Assembly: GCA_963756745.1 (NCBI GenBank)
Contig: CAVWOU010000001.1
Coordinates: 151,531-215,530 of the forward strand
DNA from: an uncultured Thermoleophilia bacterium
GTDB taxonomy: Bacteria > Actinomycetota > Thermoleophilia > Solirubrobacterales > 70-9
Length of the DNA: 64,000 nucleotides
Direction of reading: 5' to 3'
In this document: positions 61,295 to 64,000 of the stretch, piece by piece
Layout of the letters: every line of letters begins with the position of its first letter
How positions within the stretch are numbered: position 1 is the stretch's first letter
Translations under genes and position numbers: made by a program
Notes under the pieces: generated by a model
Database searches by the model: none
The model's input: only the letters and a program-made list of their open reading frames with translations
What the model was told of the DNA's origin: nothing

Positions 61295-62389
61295 GTGCGA
61301 ACGATCGTCGTCTCCGATCTCCACCTCGCCGCGGGATTCGACGGCGATCTCCTGCGGCGGCCGCGGTTCCGCGAGATCCTGCTTCGGGAGGTCGAGGGCG
61401 CGGACGAGGTCGTGCTGCTCGGCGACGCGATCGAGCTGCGGGATCGCACGCTGGGCGAGGTGCTCGAGATCGCCCAACCGTTCTTTGAAGAGCTCGGCGA
61501 GGCGATGGCCGACCGGCGGGTGGTGATCGTCCCGGGCAACCACGACCATCAGCTGATCGGGCCGTGGCTCGAGCGCCGCAGGCTCGAGGGCCACACCACG
61601 GTCGGCCTCGAACAGCGCGCCGCCCCCGACCTCGGGATCGCGGCGCGGATCGCACAGCTGCTCGGTAGCGCCGAGCTCGAGCTCGCCTACCCCGGCGTGT
61701 GGATGCGGCCGAACCTCTACGCGACCCACGGCCACTATCTCGATTGCCACGTCACGGTCCCCACCTTCGAGCGTCTCGCGATCGCCACGATCGAGAGGCT
61801 CTCGGGTGCGCTGCCGGAGGGCCTGCGATCCACCAACGACTACGAGTCGATCCAGGCGCCCCTTTACGAGCTGCTCTACGGTGTCGCCCAGAGCGGGCGG
61901 CGCCCGCGGCGCGCGCTGGGCGAGAACGCATCGGCGCGCGTGTGGGAGGCGGTCCACGGGCGCGACGGGCGCCGGCCTGACCTGCGCGGACGGCTGCTCG
62001 GCTCGGTCGTTCTCCCCGGGGCGGTCGCGCTGGCAAACCGGATCGGGCTGGGGCCGCTGCGGTGGGACATCTCGTTTCCGGAGATCAGCCGGGCGGGGTA
62101 CTCGGCGATGCTCGAGCTCGTCCCTAGGCTTGGGATCGAGGCCGACCACGTGCTGTTCGGACACACGCACCGCCGCGGCCCGCTGGACGGCGAGCCCGGA
62201 TGGGCGCTGCCGAGCGGCACCAGGCTGATCAACACCGGGAGCTGGGTGTTCGCGCCCGGCCTCGCCGGCCGCTCCTCCCACGGCAGCCCGTTCTGGCCGG
62301 GGACTGTGATCGAGGTCGAGGACGACGAGGCCCCGCGACCGCGGCACCTCCTCGACGGGGTCGGCCGCAACGAGCTCGCCAGGGGTTAG
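61295..62389 (+). CDS. Metallophosphoesterase
   Basis: VVSDLHL, LLGDAIE, VPGNHDH, THGHYLD, FGHTHR. Confidence 0.85.
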   Translation: MRTIVVSDLHLAAGFDGDLLRRPRFREILLREVEGADEVVLLGDAIELRDRTLGEVLEIAQPFFEELGEAMADRRVVIVPGNHDHQLIGPWLERRRLEGHTTVGLEQRAAPDLGIAARIAQLLGSAELELAYPGVWMRPNLYATHGHYLDCHVTVPTFERLAIATIERLSGALPEGLRSTNDYESIQAPLYELLYGVAQSGRRPRRALGENASARVWEAVHGRDGRRPDLRGRLLGSVVLPGAVALANRIGLGPLRWDISFPEISRAGYSAMLELVPRLGIEADHVLFGHTHRRGPLDGEPGWALPSGTRLINTGSWVFAPGLAGRSSHGSPFWPGTVIEVEDDEAPRPRHLLDGVGRNELARG

Positions 62390-62398
62390 CGGCCGCGC

Positions 62399-64000
62399 TC
62401 AGGAAAAGTCGAGCGTCAGGCGAGAGCCGCTGCGCTTCACCGTGATCGTCTGGCTGGAGCTGCCCCTGGTGAGGACGACCTCGGTCGTGCCTGGCGCCGG
62501 GACCGAAACGGTGCCGCTCTGGGTCGCTCCGTTGAGCGTGAACACGGTGATGTAGTTGGCGTCGGCGGCCAGCGAGCCGTACTCGATGCTCCACCGCGGC
62601 ACGGCCTGGCGGAACCCGGGGAAGGTGAAGCCCTGGAGCGGGGTCGGGCGACCCTTGATCACGGTGCGCGACGCGCCGCCTGTCGCTGCCGCCCTCTCGT
62701 AGAGCCCGCCGCTGAAGCCCGGCCCCGTGAGCCCGAGCGTGCCGGGGCTGAGCCCCTCGATCTCGAGATCCGGCCCGAGCTGGAAGAAACGCTGGTACGC
62801 GTGGGGCGCGTCCGCGCGCAGGCGATCTACGACGACGAGGGCGTCACCCGGCTTGTAGAGGAAGAGCCGCGCGTGCGACACGCCCTGGAGCTCGGTCAAC
62901 GGATTGGTTCCCTCGATCGCGAACCACCCGGATCCGTTGCCGGTGGCCTGGATCGCGCTGCCGTGGGCGTTCTCCGCCTCGATCGGGAAGCTCTGGCCGT
63001 CGACCAGCAGGACGCTGTGCGATTGCCCGGAAAGCTGGTAGTCGCGGTACTGCTCCTCGCGGTCGTACCCGTAGTTGCCGGGCCCGTTGACGACCTTCAT
63101 TCCCCGGTCGTACAGCTCGAAGTCGAGCTCGTCCGCGTGCTTGTGGGTCGTGTTGAAGAACCCTGCCGTCGTCGCCAGGTATGAGCCGCCCTGGCGCACC
63201 ATTGCGAAGCCCGACTCTCGAAACGCCTTCAGCCCCTGGCTCTTGTAGCTTCCGCCCTTGTTGTAGCCCCACTCTGGCGCCTTGGCGAACTGGGTGTCGC
63301 CGAGTAACGCGTACTCGCCCTCCGGATCGACGAACCACCCTGTGGCGTCCCGCATCCGCGCCAGCGTGTCGGCGAGGGCGGGGTCGCGCTTCCCGGGTTT
63401 GTACTTGAGGAAGTCGCGCAGCAGCTCGATCGCAAGGAACTGGTACTGCGTCGAGTGCTCGCGCCACACCCACTCCGGGCTGAGCCTCCCCATCAACGTC
63501 TCGGGGAAGCGGCGCACCGCGAGCTTGCGCCACCGCTCGGCCTCGCGCTCGAACGGGAGGTACTGCGAGACCAGCAGCAGGCCGAGGTCCTGGAAGAGCC
63601 CGAAGTTGCTTTCCTGATGCTGGGCGGCGTTCGCGAGGTAGCGCCCGTGCGCGTTCAAGGACCGCACCATGAGCCGCGCCTGCTTGGGGTTCAGCAGTCC
63701 CCTGCAGCCGGCCTCTCCGGTCAGGAAGCCGAGATAGCCCGCCCTGTCGGCGGCCGCCTTCGGATGCCACGCAAAGCCCCTGAGGCCGGGCCGGAACTGG
63801 CGCGGGTTCGACTTGATCCAGTCGAGCGCGATGTCGCGCGCTTGCCGGAGAAGCCCCTCGTCGCCGGTCCGCATGTACGAGTACAGCAGCGTGTCAATCC
63901 AGATCAAGCCGTGCAGGTTCTGGCGGTAGGAGCGGCTCCCGAACGGGTTCTGCGCCCAGTCGATCGGCGGCTTGAGCCGCACGTTGAAGTGGAAGACCTC
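62399..64000 (-). CDS. Heparinase II/III-like (alginate-lyase-type) protein; N-terminus beyond the window
   Basis: NTTHKHADELDFELYDRGMKVVNGPGNYGYD, GQSHSVLLVDGQSF. The ORF is still open at 64000. Confidence 0.75.
   Translation of the reverse strand, partial: EVFHFNVRLKPPIDWAQNPFGSRSYRQNLHGLIWIDTLLYSYMRTGDEGLLRQARDIALDWIKSNPRQFRPGLRGFAWHPKAAADRAGYLGFLTGEAGCRGLLNPKQARLMVRSLNAHGRYLANAAQHQESNFGLFQDLGLLLVSQYLPFEREAERWRKLAVRRFPETLMGRLSPEWVWREHSTQYQFLAIELLRDFLKYKPGKRDPALADTLARMRDATGWFVDPEGEYALLGDTQFAKAPEWGYNKGGSYKSQGLKAFRESGFAMVRQGGSYLATTAGFFNTTHKHADELDFELYDRGMKVVNGPGNYGYDREEQYRDYQLSGQSHSVLLVDGQSFPIEAENAHGSAIQATGNGSGWFAIEGTNPLTELQGVSHARLFLYKPGDALVVVDRLRADAPHAYQRFFQLGPDLEIEGLSPGTLGLTGPGFSGGLYERAAATGGASRTVIKGRPTPLQGFTFPGFRQAVPRWSIEYGSLAADANYITVFTLNGATQSGTVSVPAPGTTEVVLTRGSSSQTITVKRSGSRLTLDFS

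Overview
High-GC (roughly 70%) actinobacterial-type chromosome segment. The order cannot be assigned from sequence alone; a Thermoleophilia/Rubrobacteria-like organism is only a guess. About 70 genes are tightly packed, many joined by 4-nt ATGA/GTGA start/stop overlaps, which I used to choose start codons.

Layout:
- 1-9.7 kb, minus strand: complete dcw cell-division/cell-wall cluster (mraZ-rsmH-ftsL-ftsI-murE-murF-mraY-murD-ftsW) with an MraZ-box promoter.
- 9.9-12.9 kb: cpaF-tadB-tadC pilus core.
- 16.2-18.3 kb: translationally coupled response regulator / histidine kinase / cpaB operon.
- 19.8-24.9 kb: divergent rho, transaldolase, GNAT acetyltransferase, glpD, nitroreductase.
- 26.0-32.5 kb: five-gene ECF importer operon behind a clear cobalamin riboswitch.
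- 35.5-40.5 kb: acetone carboxylase acxABC.
- 41-46.9 kb: mixed accessory genes (ATL, SRPBCC, orphan kinase, VOC, HhH-GPD, SnoaL paralogs, methyltransferase).
- 46.9-54.65 kb: decaying islet bounded by a 42-nt direct repeat of the tRNA-Glu 3' half.
- 54.6-54.8 kb: tRNA-Glu and tRNA-Leu.
- 54.8-64 kb: HTH-LAGLIDADG gene with an in-frame stop, methyltransferase, patatin, alcohol-oxidase/aldehyde-dehydrogenase pair, metallophosphoesterase, partial heparinase II/III-like gene.

I saw no rRNA, CRISPR array, transposase or integrase.

Most notable observations:
1. The B12-riboswitch ECF operon encodes both halves of a transcobalamin-like fold on separate membrane-tethered proteins.
2. A ~66-nt element occurs three times, always immediately upstream of a start codon.
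3. The Rho homolog has a P-loop Lys-to-Arg change and an apparent Q-loop deletion.
4. The tRNA-Glu islet carries a Cys-rich-repeat metalloprotease / HEAT / lipoprotein operon, and gene-disrupting lesions cluster there.

All domain calls come from motif recognition by eye. No searches were run.
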